Both the position numbers and the translations under genes were made by a program. Shown in pieces: positions 38,628 to 57,649 of a DNA stretch of 64,000 nt. Source of the stretch: Lingula anatina (lineage: Eukaryota > Animalia > Brachiopoda); contig CM120646.1 in the NCBI GenBank assembly GCA_051362555.1, positions 21,824,001 to 21,888,000 on the forward strand, in the 5' to 3' direction. The notes beneath the pieces were generated by a model, which saw only the letters and a list, made by a program, of their open reading frames with translations, searched no databases and was not told the DNA's origin. Position 1 is the stretch's first letter. Each line of letters opens with the position of its first letter.

Positions 38628-41239
38628 ATTAATAGTGCTCCTTTATGACATTTTAATATATTTTCAGTCACCTAACTGACTCTAGACACTGCAAAAGTGG
38701 ACAAAAATTTTATGTTACTGTTACGTGGAAAAAAATTCAAAACCTATATATAAATTGTTGAGTGCCATGGTATAACAGTCTACCTGATTGCCAGTGAAAT
38801 TTCTGTTTCAGTGAAATTTCTTTAAAGCAGTCACTTTCTGCTTATTTACCAGTTAATTTTTTCAGCTGTTACATTTTATAAATGTTCTTACTAAGTGTTA
38901 TCTTGATCTATAATAACCTTTTGAAAATCCCATGTTTTTTTATCCTATTTGTAAGAATTAACCACTTTATCTTCTAGGATTTTTTTTTTCATTCGGCCCA
39001 TTAGATTCTCAGACCTTGCTGGCCTGTAAGTGGAATAGTATCTGGCACAGACTGGTATCAGCAAGTCAGATAAAAAAGAATATAATTATTTCTATTTGCA
39101 CGGTTGAAAAAAATGCCATCATAGACTGCATAAAACTGGAAAACTGTAGCAACTTAATCATTCTTATGACTTCATTTATTACTGCTTATGTGTAAAATTT
39201 TTGTTTTTGTTCTTCTATTGATATAATAAAATAGTTTTACTCACAGATGCTACTTTCATGAGTATAGAGTGCTTGAGTATAGAGTTGACTTAAAAGATAT
39301 TTTAAGTTAATATAGTAAATAATAGTTTGAAATTCAATATTCTCATCTTTATTTGTTTCACTTTAAAGAGCTCAGTGAATACTAAAATTTCTGATATATT
39401 TTGTACATAAATATATTTATGAATGAATAAAAATTATTCTTAATGTATAGCACTGTGCACTTGTTTACCGACAAATATGAACAGTGTTAGTACGTGTCAA
39501 ATAATCCTGAAAAAAAGGGAAATTTCCAAGATAAAGAAATTTATAATGAGTATTCAGTAAACTGACGTGTCGTGGCATTGCCTCAACCTTGGATTAAAAT
39601 TTTAATTAAATGCATTATAATATTAAAATTATACCGAGTGAGAGAAAAAATACTTTAAGAAATTTAAAACCAGACACAAAGCGTAGGCACTGTCACAATG
39701 TATATGTTTATGGGACCCAAGGGCAGGAGGTTCCAAACGTTAATGTATTAATATTATGTCCTTTGGCAGTGAGGACAGACGTTCACTTGAATGTCATTTT
39801 CACAAACCACAGTTGGGACGTTTTCTTTTGACTTCTCCTTGGTGATTTTTCACCGGGTTGTGCCATAAAAAAGCCATCTATCACCGACTAAAAAAAGCTC
39901 ATGGCGACCATCCTCAGTCACCACCTTATAATCGCTTTCTATGATATCGTTCCCTTCCAGCACATCGTCCAAATAATTACCTGTGAAAAAATCGTCAGCA
40001 TACAGCGGCGCTTTGACATTACTGATCTCGAATTCTAACGCGAAATAACGCATATGAAATTTATCTCCAAGCTGAGGAGAGCGACGCAGACGAAACCTTG
40101 AGACCGGAGGCCCCCCGTAGCTAGCTCCGCCCACCGTAACAGACATCGGACAATAGAAAGGCTTGCGTGTAATCTCCTTCTGTTATAACTCCTTGGTTTA
40201 GTTTACTGTTTATTAGTCTAGATAATTTTAGATGTACCCTTCGCTGCAAGGTGAACCATGAACTCTAATCCATGTAAAGTGTTTAATTGTTTTGAAGGCG
40301 TAGGTAAGGTGTTATGAAAAGCCGTGGATGGCAAAAATCAGGTTTTTAAACCCAGAAAGTGTACCTTTAATTTCCTAGGAGTCTATCGATCGCGACGGAC
40401 GTCATTGGTCTTTCCAAATTTAAAGAAAAGAATGGCTGTAGTCTTAAATGTAATAGCCTTTAATTTGCCTGCTTAGGCTCAAACACGTTTATTGATGTAC
40501 AAGTACATGTAGTCTGTTTATTTTGATATTGTAATTAACTGTAATCACGGAGAAGTTATATTAATCAAAAGTTAAAAAATACAGGGAATGTATACAATCT
40601 GGCAAAAATACAGTCGCATTACTATGAACAGAGAAACACGATGGGATAGTATACTGTCTTAACTGGAATCGGTATCTAAAATATCTGCGTAAAAATAATA
40701 AATATACATTATAATAAGATACCAAGCTGCAAATTGACAGCTATTTGAAGTGAAATATAAGATAATGACATGATCCAAAATAATAATGATGCTTATTGAT
40801 GAATATGAAATATTAATAAAAAATTAAAGTCAATAAATGGACGAGGAATTTGCTCCTAGACTCTGCCTATAGCCTGTGATAAATATCTATCAAGTTAACC
40901 ACATGATGCAGTAAGAAGTGCAAGGTTTAAAATTATTTTCAAATTACATTGATAAACATCACGGGAAACACATCTAGAGTGCTCATACGTATAATGTCAC
41001 CTTACAACCACTTACAAATCAGCTTCCATTTCACAATCCTCTGCCTCACTGCTTTGTAACCTGTGTGGAATAAGTGAATGTGTTGACCTAAGCGCTATTT
41101 TTATACCGAGGCATACGAATGTACTATTTATCAGTGAGGTCAGGTCAATCAACGCAACAACAGCCAGGATGAGGAAGTAGGCGACACCAAAGGATTTTTA
41201 AATTACAAGAAGTTTCACGAAAGGAGTACGTCTATATAT

Positions 41240-41352
41240 GTGATATGGCGAGAATGTCAACTTCAATCAGTTCTGTTCTCGATGAATAATCAACCGACCT
41301 TAGTAGGAGAATTCATGTCCGATTTATTTTATTTGTGTCTTATTTTCAAAAG
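41240..41352 (+). other. Candidate non-coding 5' exon of gene B (start position uncertain)
   Basis: Donor AAG|gtaagg at 41352/3. The next acceptor (ttctttatttag, 42073) precedes the ATG. Confidence 0.35.
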
Positions 41353-42079
41353 GTAAGGCTTACATTACATGTACATGTACGTTCAGCTCGTTCATAAAAT
41401 ACGACATGAATATAAAAGCACAACGTCGCGTGTACGTATCAATATTTTAATATTACCATAAGCTTGTATTTGTAAATGCATGTATCCATAACTACCACCA
41501 TTTTCAACCATTTAACTCAGCATTTGGTGGGATATTGATTAAGATTTAGTAATACATTTGTACAGGTGGTGACATTCTGTATAACTATTGTAACCTTTGT
41601 ATCAGTCGTGTTTATGCCGATCGTGGGCTTCCTTCTTACGTATACCCCTTAGTTAAGTTGATTAAATTCTATAGTTTTGCCTAATGGGGGATGGTTTATT
41701 TTTATCGTGCACTTTAAAGCTGCCTTGGATATGCAACGCCCTGTGCATCTACTGTATTTCCTAACTAGGTGCGGAAAAAATTAAAAATGTAATTGCGGAA
41801 GTTTCTCCGAAGGAGGATTATGGTGTGTATTAATACATTTCAAACAGCTGAATGAAATTGTTTGTCACTATACCGGTCATAACTGTCAGATGGAAAAATG
41901 GAGAGCTATATACGTTTTGAAAATATTTGAGTTGCTTGGATTTTCTCAACACAGCAGATATCACGCTTACCAGGCAACATGCTAACAGGTACTCCAAGGC
42001 GAAGTTATTTTGATAATGGTGATTGGTGTTCGAACAATGGATTGTACACTAATACATTTTCTTCTTTATTTAGAATGAG

Positions 42080-42152
42080 ATGGCGAAGTTCTACAAATAT
42101 ATTGTAGAGAAACTAGGGGTTTTATGGATATATTACATTGCTAGCATAACAG
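42080..42152 (+). CDS. Gene B leader/signal-peptide exon
   Basis: Acceptor at 42073, then MAKFYKYIVEKLGVLWIYYIASIT and a phase-1 donor CAG|gtaaaa that matches the V exon. Confidence 0.65.
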
Positions 42153-43216
42153 GTAAAAAAGGAAAATGTAAAATTGTGTCTAAAATGTTACTCACCTATG
42201 AGAATGCATGTGTTTTATCTGAAAGTAACGTTTTATGAACGTTTTTTCCCCTTTCAAATGAGTTATACTATACTTATATGTGTATCTGCAAAAAGACACA
42301 GATTGCAGTTGGGTATAGTACACCTAATATTTAATTTTGTAGATATGTTGTAATTCATTACACTCAAACTATATAAAATATTTGTAATATAAACTCAGAC
42401 ACAGTATTAGAGGATGAAGCGATCATTTTGTTTATTTCCGTTTTTACATTGTGTATTATGGTAAAGATAATCATTAGATCGATGATGCTTTACTGGTAAA
42501 GTCGCTCCTCTTGCTTTCAATTAACAAGATTACATATTTTAAAAGCTAAAAAACACGCTTTGCTACACTGGATTAGACGAAACAGGAATAGTCATGTGTC
42601 CGTAGTACAAGTTAAGGGAGAAGAAACGTCTGAATGTCTTAGGATACAGATGACTGGTTATAACCAGTAAACTTTTATCTTAATTTATTGACACGTGTAT
42701 GTGAGGCAAAACTCCATGGGGAGAATCCTCGTGTAAGTAAAAACTTTATTGCCTCCGTCTTGGTTAACATACTGTAATCTATTACGACTTAAAAGGTCAA
42801 AACGTTCAAATTGAAATAATCAAAAATACATGACATAAACCAATACATGTATCTAAGCACTTTCTTGATTTTTTTTTAAATTTCTATCGAACCGTGATAT
42901 TTACCATATGTGTGGGATGCACTTAATTTTAGTAATTTTAGATACGTATTATTTTATCGCGCAGACTTGAATCAATATCAAAAATGTTTTCTGATAATAA
43001 CCTATAATTCTGACCAATCTGCTGGGGGAACTACATTTACTGTTAGCATGAAAGGGCCTACGTATGACTCCCAGTTACACCTACCTTATAACTTATTTGC
43101 AACGACTACTTTACTGCCAGATTACGTGACGGTAACATACTAGTAGTCTATCCGTACTGAACAGTTCAAACAAAATAAAGCAACCTATGTTTTCGTACCT
43201 AGAATAAATATATTAA

Positions 43217-44494
43217 AGGGGTAATACTCTTCATGTGAGATCTATATTTCACAATAAAAACATAGTGAACAACTCACAGGAATATTATACACTCTTGCCC
43301 AAAATGGTTGGTACACGGAAATTTTGGGATGCATATCGCCCTGTTTCTTTCATTATATTCATTATTCAGCTATATGGGAGTGCGAAGGCTCCCAGGGGAG
43401 AGGCTGTTGACTGAAAATATCCAGGAAACAATAGCTGGAGGAGGTGGTTCTGTACATGTTTGGGGTGCCATTTGCAGAAACGGTATTTGCCCATTGCTTC
43501 CTCTGGATGAAAACCTTAACGCTGCCAGATACAGAGACATTCTCCAGCAGAACCTGGAGCTGTTCGCAAGAGGGATATACAGAGACAATTTTAGATTGCA
43601 ACATGACAATGCAACTACCCATATAGCCAGCTTAATTGCAGACTATATCCGACAAAACAACATTCAGCTGATGCCACAGCCAGCAAGAAGCCCAGATGCA
43701 AACCCAATTGAGCACATGTGGGACAAACTTGGTCGTGCTATTCAGAGGAGAAACCCTCCCCCTGCAAAGCGAGATGGACTGCGAGATGCCCTTCAAGATG
43801 AATGGACCAGAATACCTCTCCAAAGAGCTGTAACTCTAATTCACAGTATGCCACGCCGTCTGACGGCCATTATTCAATCTCGGGGTGGGCATACCCGCTA
43901 TTGAAATTAGTAATGAAATCTGAAGATGTTCCTTGACAATTTCCCCTAATTTCATATTAATTATTAAGTATAAATTTATGTTTAATTTTTCACTTGGTAC
44001 TGTTATGTAAAAAAAGTACTCCTTCTGGGGGCATGAGAAAAAAAAACCTGAATAAATTACCGCTTTTTTTCACTTTTGCATCGGTTGTTTCTCCTTGACT
44101 TTACCAATCCCCCAGCTTCACATATTTAACAATATAAACGGTATTAATTTGGTAATATCAATAATAATGAAAGAAACAGGGCGATATGCATCCCAAAATT
44201 CCGTGTACCAACCATTTTGGGCAAGAGTGTATATTCTGTTGTACCACAAAAACGGCAGCGGTATCTATTATTCTGATATCTGATCTTGTCTTTAGACCAC
44301 GTGACCTCCATAGAAGGCTATTCTCTGTTAAAATCTCTTAAGAGATTATTTAAAAAAGGCAAACTTTTTAGAAAAAAAAATAGTGACTAACTTTGAATGT
44401 AAAAATGGATTTATTAACCATTGGTAAGTATGGGAAAATTTTGTTTACTCCAGGAAAATTCATTTTCTGGCCAAAACGAAGAGTTATTATCCCT
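43217..44494. mobile_element. Kolobok-like MITE hosting the Tc1 element
   Basis: TTAA|aggggtaatactcttc ... gaagagttattatccct|TTAA. Confidence 0.7.
43290..44229 (+). mobile_element. Internally deleted Tc1 (DD34E) element
   Basis: TA|cactcttgcccaaaatggttggtacacgg... with ~66-bp TIRs ...gggcaagagtg|TA. The ORF ending at 43904 has GGGSVHVWG, QHDNA-34aa-NPIEH and RGGHTRY, but lacks the HTH region and the first catalytic D. Confidence 0.92.
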
Positions 44495-44548
44495 TTAATT
44501 TCAATAGTAAAAACTACTGACCTGTATTATAGCCGTATTCTTTTCCAG

Positions 44549-44938
44549 CTTCCTTGCCAAGTTGTGATGACGCCATTAGTGTTACTCTACCCTCGTCTTA
44601 CCCTGTACGCACTGGACACAGCGTCACACTGCAGTGTACATTTACTCCTTATGCAGTGGAGTACCAAGTGAAGTGGTCGTGGAATTCAGAGGAGTATGAA
44701 CTAGTTGTAGGTAACTTAACTGGTACACCTGCAATACGTCCCAATGGGGGTGTTCTACAGCCAGCATGGAATGGAAGGTTGTCATTCCAGTCTCCAGCCT
44801 CACTTGTCATCAGTGGTGTCACTGCAGCAGATGCTGGGACCTACACATGTGGGGTGAAGATAACATTAACATACCCATCAGCATGTTCAACAGCTAACAG
44901 TCGGTATTTCACATCAGATACAACCCTCTCTATTACAG
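44549..44938 (+). CDS. Gene B exon: Ig V-set domain (copy 1)
   Basis: ttttccag|CT...ACAG|gtaaat, 390 nt, phase 1-1. VTLQC..VKWSW..GRLSF..ASLVISGVTAADAGTYTC. Confidence 0.9.
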
Positions 44939-44995
44939 GTAAATCCGGCAGTTGTAGATGTTGCAGATTCTTGTAAAATATTTAAAATTCTTGTA

Positions 44996-45096
<101 letters not shown>

Positions 45097-45291
45097 AAGA
45101 TACCTGTAAGCACAGCATGTAAATAGACCATTAAGACTGAGACTGAAAAAACATTTTGTAATAAGCAGGCTTAGTATTTAATATGACTATGTTAGTAACA
45201 TGGCCCAAGAAATGTCAGAATATTATTTTCTCGTCTACTTCAGATAAATTCTTGTCACAATCCCATTTAAAGTTCAACAGCTTTGTTTTAG

Positions 45292-45558
45292 TTCCAGTTG
45301 GGGGTGTTTCTGTGACCCGTTCCCGTGCCACAGGACATGATGTAACCAAGGGAGACACCGCATATCTGAGTTGTACGACAACATCAGGATCGACACCCAT
45401 AACATATACATGGCTCCTGAACAATACACCATTACAGCAGACTGGCAGGGAGTTGACAATCAGCAATATACAACCAAACCAAGCAGGGCAATACAGATGC
45501 AATGCTAGCAACTCCATATCATGGCATCAGTCCGGGACATTCACATTTAATGTGCTGT
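45292..45558 (+). CDS. Gene B exon: Ig I/C2-set domain
   Basis: ttttag|TT...CTGT|gtaagt, 267 nt, phase 1-1. AYLSC..PITYTWLLN..ELTISNIQPNQAGQYRCNASN. Confidence 0.9.
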
Positions 45559-45762
45559 GTAAGTGGCACTGTAACAAAATATAGTCAATTAATGGATTCC
45601 TCCTAAAGGTGAACTGTTATGATGATTTGCAGAGTATTTCTAAATAATTAGTAGTAGAAGAGGAAGAAGAAAAGTTAATGTGCTTACCAAAAGTTATATT
45701 TTGTTGTTAACTTAAGAATTAACAAATTGAAGCAAACCCATTCAGGTGTAAAATAACATAGA

Positions 45763-45798
<36 letters not shown>

Positions 45799-45803
45799 TA
45801 ACA

Positions 45804-52587
<6,784 letters not shown>

Positions 52588-52660
52588 AGTAGTTAGAGAG
52601 CCAGTAAATTTAAACCTTTTCTTTGTGCTCAAATTATTATTGTTATTATGTTATCTCCAG

Positions 52661-52972
52661 ATGCCCCAGACAACTGGCAGAACCTACCCACACTGACAGG
52701 TTACAACTCAGCAGTAGACAAACTGGTTACTGGGGAGACATCCGTGACTTTGACCTGTAGTGTACCTGGCGGGAATCCTTTAGCGTCCTTAAGTTGGACA
52801 TCAGGATGTCCAAGTGGTACAAGGAGTGACCGGTCCACCCCAGACACGTCAGTAATCAGACTTCAGTTTACAGTACAAACCAGTCACCATCAAACCACAT
52901 GTGGTTGTCGTGCTACACATGCACAGGGAACACCTACATCTAGGGAGATACAAGTCACTTTTCTTGTTATAC
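52661..52972 (+). CDS. Gene B exon: nephrin/CD80-like C2-set Ig domain
   Basis: ctccag|AT...ATAC|gtgcgt, 312 nt, phase 1-1. VTLTCSVPGGNPLASLSW...HHQTTCGCRATH. Confidence 0.88.
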
Positions 52973-53074
52973 GTGCGTTAAATTTGTCTTTGATCTTTTT
53001 TAATTGAGTTTGATTTATAAATTCTATCTTGTGCTGGTAGAAATAAATGCTGTTATATTCAATAGTTAGCAATA

Positions 53075-55127
53075 TTTTTATGTACAGACACAGATGTGTC
53101 TGTACATATTGCCATCACCTGCGTCTGTCGTCGCCATCGCTGATCATGTCGCCGTGCACTTTCAGCGTTAACACCATAAGTGGAAGACAGTTTTGCTTTT
53201 TGGCTTTATATTTACAGAGCTGATGAATATTCATAAAACACAGGTCAAGTTCGAAAATCAGCATGATCAGGCCATTATTGTAGAATTTATGCTGTTTTTT
53301 CACTTTTCAGCATATATGCAACACTGTTAACACATTTCAAGGAAAACTGATAGGCCTGTTGTCATGAAACTCACAGGAGTAATCAATCTTACTAAAATGT
53401 AGGTCAAGTTCGAAAATCAGCATAATCGGACCATTATTTTATAAGTTATGCTGTTTTTTCACATTTCCTCATATTCAATTCTTAGGCATGTTAACAGTCT
53501 CATTTTTAATTAATAAGATATGTAAAAGTGTTTGTTTGACATTTCCTGCATCTTTACAACATTATTAGTTGATTACGTAAAAATGATGGTAAACTTGTAA
53601 TCGTGTATTGTGTAATAAGGTGTCAAAAATGGAAATAAACTCATATCATTGCAGTTTGTAAGATTAAATCATTCACTATGTTTAGAAACTGAGAATGGAG
53701 GAAATTGGACATTTGACACTGTTCTATTGATATTTTTCACATCTCATCAATTTTCTTAGTTGATCATATAAAAATGGCAGTAAACTGTTAATTTTGATTT
53801 ATGTTAAAAAAGTGTTAAAAATGGAAATAAACCCATTTCAGAAAAGCGCTGTCTTGTTTCACATTTCCTCAGATTCAATTTTTAGGCATGTTAACAGTTT
53901 CATTATTTAATTAATAAGATAAGTAAAAGTGTTTGTTTGACATTTCCTGCATCTTTACAACATTGTTAGTTGATTTTGTAAAAATGATGGTAAACTTGTT
54001 ATCGTGCATTGTGAAATAAAGTTTCAAAAATGGAAATAAACTCATATCATTGCAGTTTGTAAGATTCAATCATTCACTATGTTCAGAAACTCAGAATGGA
54101 GGAAATTGGACATTAAACACTGTTCTATTGATATTTTCCCATCTCATCAATTTTCTTAGTTGATCATATATAAATGGCAGTAAATTGTTAATTTTGTTAT
54201 ATGTTAAAAAATTGTTAAAAATGGAAAAAAAACACATTTCAGGACAGTGCTGTCTTGTTTACATTTTGGCATTTTCAAGTTGTGACTTTGAAGTTCCATG
54301 GGCATGAAGACCTTTGCTAGTCACATTTTCTGAATATCCATAATACTAATATTTTATTATTAAAAATTGATGGTCATTATGCTGTTAAACGTTATGTAAT
54401 ATTGCATCAAAATTTGGAAAAAAAATATTTTGGGCACTGCTCCCATGATGACCATTTAAGAAAAATCATGTCACTTACTGTTCTCAAACTTACAGGAAAG
54501 AAACATGGGACTAAAATACAGCTTCAGTAGGCAATGCAGTCTATTTGGTAATTCTTTCTGCTAGTTAAACAGTTTTTTTTGTGAAAATTTAATTTTTCAC
54601 ATGTTGGCATTTTCAAGGTGTGACTTTGAAGTTCCATGGGCTTGAAGACCCATGCTAGTCACATTTTCTGAAAATCCATGATACGTATATTTTATTATTA
54701 AAATTGACGGTCATTATGCTGTTAACCATTATGTAATATTGCATCAGAATAAAAGAAAACACAATTTTGGGTGCTGCTGCCATGATGACCATTATGGGAA
54801 AACCATGTTACTGATGATTGCCAAACGTTCAAAAAAGAAATACAGGACTAAAATGCAGCCTGAGTTGGAAGAGCAGTCTAATTGGCTTCTTTTTCTGGAA
54901 GTTATACATTTTCAAAGTGTGAACTTGAACTGCCATGGGCCTGAAGCCTTATGCTTGTTACACATTTTACTTACATTGGTATTACCTGTTGAGCATAATT
55001 AAAATTTGATGTTGAATTTGCAGTTTAACATAATGTACTTTTGCATCAGAATTGACAGTAGCCTATATTGTGCATAGTTATTTCCTACTTTTTGTCTGTA
55101 CGTTTGACAGCTTTGCTGCCTTGTTTT
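53075..55127 (+). mobile_element. Helentron (HINE) copy with both termini
   Basis: Hairpin head at 53075 and tail gtctgtacgtttgacagctttgctgccttgtttt. Confidence 0.8.
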
Positions 55128-55698
55128 GTTAAATGTTAAGTGCCATTTCACGAGAGAATCAACCAAATCAGCCAAAAATCGGCAAGGTGGAGGTCAACAG
55201 ATTCAACCCAAATTTTCTGTGTTTGATAACTGTTACAAAAGATGTTGAAAGCACACTTTAAAAAAATTCTGAAAATTCTGGAAAAAATAGATATTGCCAT
55301 CTGAAATTTGGCGGTCCTGACTACACAAAATATCGTAACAAAAGTAGTGGAAGTTTGCTTGTAAATTCCATGAAGGATTTGACATTTCAGCCTTAACTAT
55401 TCCCTTTTTCTAAGGATCCATGCCAAGACCTTTCGGATGATATGTGACTAAATTGTCAATCACGTTGCTATAGTAACGAAATTGGCCCGTGAAAAGAGGG
55501 TACAAAATCAAGGTAAAAAATCAGCACTCGCCGATTGGCAAATTTAGCCTAACACGGCGTCAAATTTGAATAAAATAAGGCAATTTTTGAACAGTTTAGG
55601 ACTTGAGCTTTGTAATTACGCAATAAAAAATACTGCACCTCGTCAGGATACGTTGGGGTGGACGTCTAGAATGAGGGGTGTGAGCGGTGAGTTACGCG

Positions 55699-56322
55699 GT
55701 TGTTCATTTCTATGGTACTGTTGAAATACGCCTGGTTTTTATTAATCGTACTTTTTGCTTATGTTAACACAAATGACAATACTCTAAATAGTTTTCCGAA
55801 TGATTAGCGTCGTTGTAATTGGTTTCAAGACCAAGAAAATAGTTCGAAACTTACGTCCATAACTCTGCGTGCTTCCTCACAATCAACATGGCGGTAAGAT
55901 GTGGACGTCGGTGTGAGAAGTCAATATTTTTGATGCAGAAAAGGGAGCATGCGGACTTAAACCTGTCTACAAATATCAGACGAGTTGTATCTTGCTTCGG
56001 GAGTGAACCAGTTGTTCATTTCTATGGTACTGTTGAAATACGCCTGGTTTTTATTAATCGTACTTTTTGCTTATGTTAACACAAATGACAATACTCTAAA
56101 TAGTTTTCCGAATGATTAGCATCGTTGTAATTGGTTTCAAGACCAAGAAAATAGTTCGAAACTTACGTCCATAACTCTGCGTGCTTCCTCACAATCAACA
56201 TGGCGGTAAGATGTGGACGTCGGTGTGAGAAGTCAATATTTTTGATGCAGAAAAGGGAGCATGCGGACTTAAACCTGTCTACAAATATCAGACGAGTTGT
56301 ATCTTGCTTCGGGAGTGAACCA
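55699..56322 (+). repeat. 312-bp tandem duplication inside the Sola3-like element
   Basis: 55699-56010 versus 56011-56322, with one mismatch seen. Confidence 0.9.
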
Positions 56323-57649
56323 GTCATGTTGAGAATCTGAATGTGCTTCGCGTCCAGGGTCAAATCAGGGATGATAGGGAGCACATTCTTCAGACGCTCC
56401 GTGTGTGAGCTACTGAGCCTAACGGTATATTTCGACTAGGGACGGAATAGACTCAATCCAGAGAGTGCCAACACCCACTTCACACAAAGAAAGGAAAACC
56501 CTTTGCTAGCCAAGCGACTGGTGTCTAGATTTCAAAGATTTGTTTGCCCTACTCACTAGGCCTAGGGTATGAGGTAAATAAGATTCTGTGCCATGCCTTA
56601 GATTCATCATCCTTTATATGTCTTATTAGTTTTACTGAAAAAAAAAACCTTCATTGTGCTTATTATATGCGTTTCTCTTTGAAAAATATTGTTGTTTAGT
56701 ATTCCAATCAGTGTTTGTTTCAATATCATTGATGTTTGTTGTGATAATTCTAAAGCTTGAAATGTGGATTTTATCATTGCTAGATAGGACCCTGCTAATA
56801 AAAAGCCTTTCATCTGGGTAAATTTTATAGTTTCCAGAAAATTATAAGCAAGGATATATATGTAAAATTATATTTTCATTTTGTTTTTCAGATTAACTGA
56901 GTGGAGAAAGCCAGTTAGAACTGGGTTGCAGTTATATTTCTGCTAGATAAATCTGTCTGCCAGCTGAAAACTAACATGGATAGCTTTGGAGAAATATTAG
57001 TTTAGATGTTGTTGGGTACTATCACTGTGCTCCAACATTTTGTCCATAATGATACCAGCTTTATCTGAACAGACAGGCTTTTTTGTTCAGCACAAGCAGG
57101 AGAGGACAAATGTGAACAAAAATTGCTCCCCTTAAAGTCTCATAAGAAAGGATGAATAAAAAACAAAGAAGAAACTGTTAAACAAGGATGCATAACTGAG
57201 TGTTCAGCAAATCATTGGTTATTTTTCATGTTTTTAAAATCTGTTTATCTGTGGAGTTGGATCGACCTATGTGGGATAATATTTCATTGGGAACAAGCCA
57301 TATGGCTGATGCAGAATGTTATATAAGCATGCAATGTCAGCATCCCCTTTAAAAGTATACATAATGCTCCACAGTGTATCCATTGTAAACTATTACATTT
57401 TTATCTTTGGAGCAAGGTGGTACTTTTTATGTTACTTTTTATTTTTAAAAATTATTATTGAAGCACTCATTTCAGGTGCATGATACCTGTTTTTATTCAT
57501 TTCCATTTCTCATTCAAAGAAAATCAGATTGCTTAAAGATAATGATATATATTTTATTGTAATTTTGAAAATTAAAAAAAAGCACCAAAAAAATGCACTG
57601 TACAACCTTTTATTAGACTATAAACGTCTTGCACAAATATATATAAAGT

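Larger units (their letters stand above)
36310..40195 (+). mobile_element. Non-autonomous P-superfamily DNA transposon, copy 2 (3886 bp, inverted relative to copy 1)
   Basis: Same 31-bp TIRs but a different 7-bp TSD GTTTAGT (36303-09 and 40196-202). Reverse complement of copy 1 apart from a few SNPs and indels. Confidence 0.85.

Noticed and set aside
32094-40195. Assembly fold-back artefact, or a single giant foldback element
   Set aside because: Each arm has its own pair of TIRs and a distinct TSD, and the arms differ by several SNPs.
41100-41830. ETS (GAGGAAGT, GCGGAAGT) and nuclear-receptor half-sites as an immune promoter signature
   Set aside because: Short motifs expected by chance, and the TSS is unknown.
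43308-43904. Functional transposase gene
   Set aside because: The ORF start lies in the TIR, and the DNA-binding domain and first catalytic Asp are deleted.
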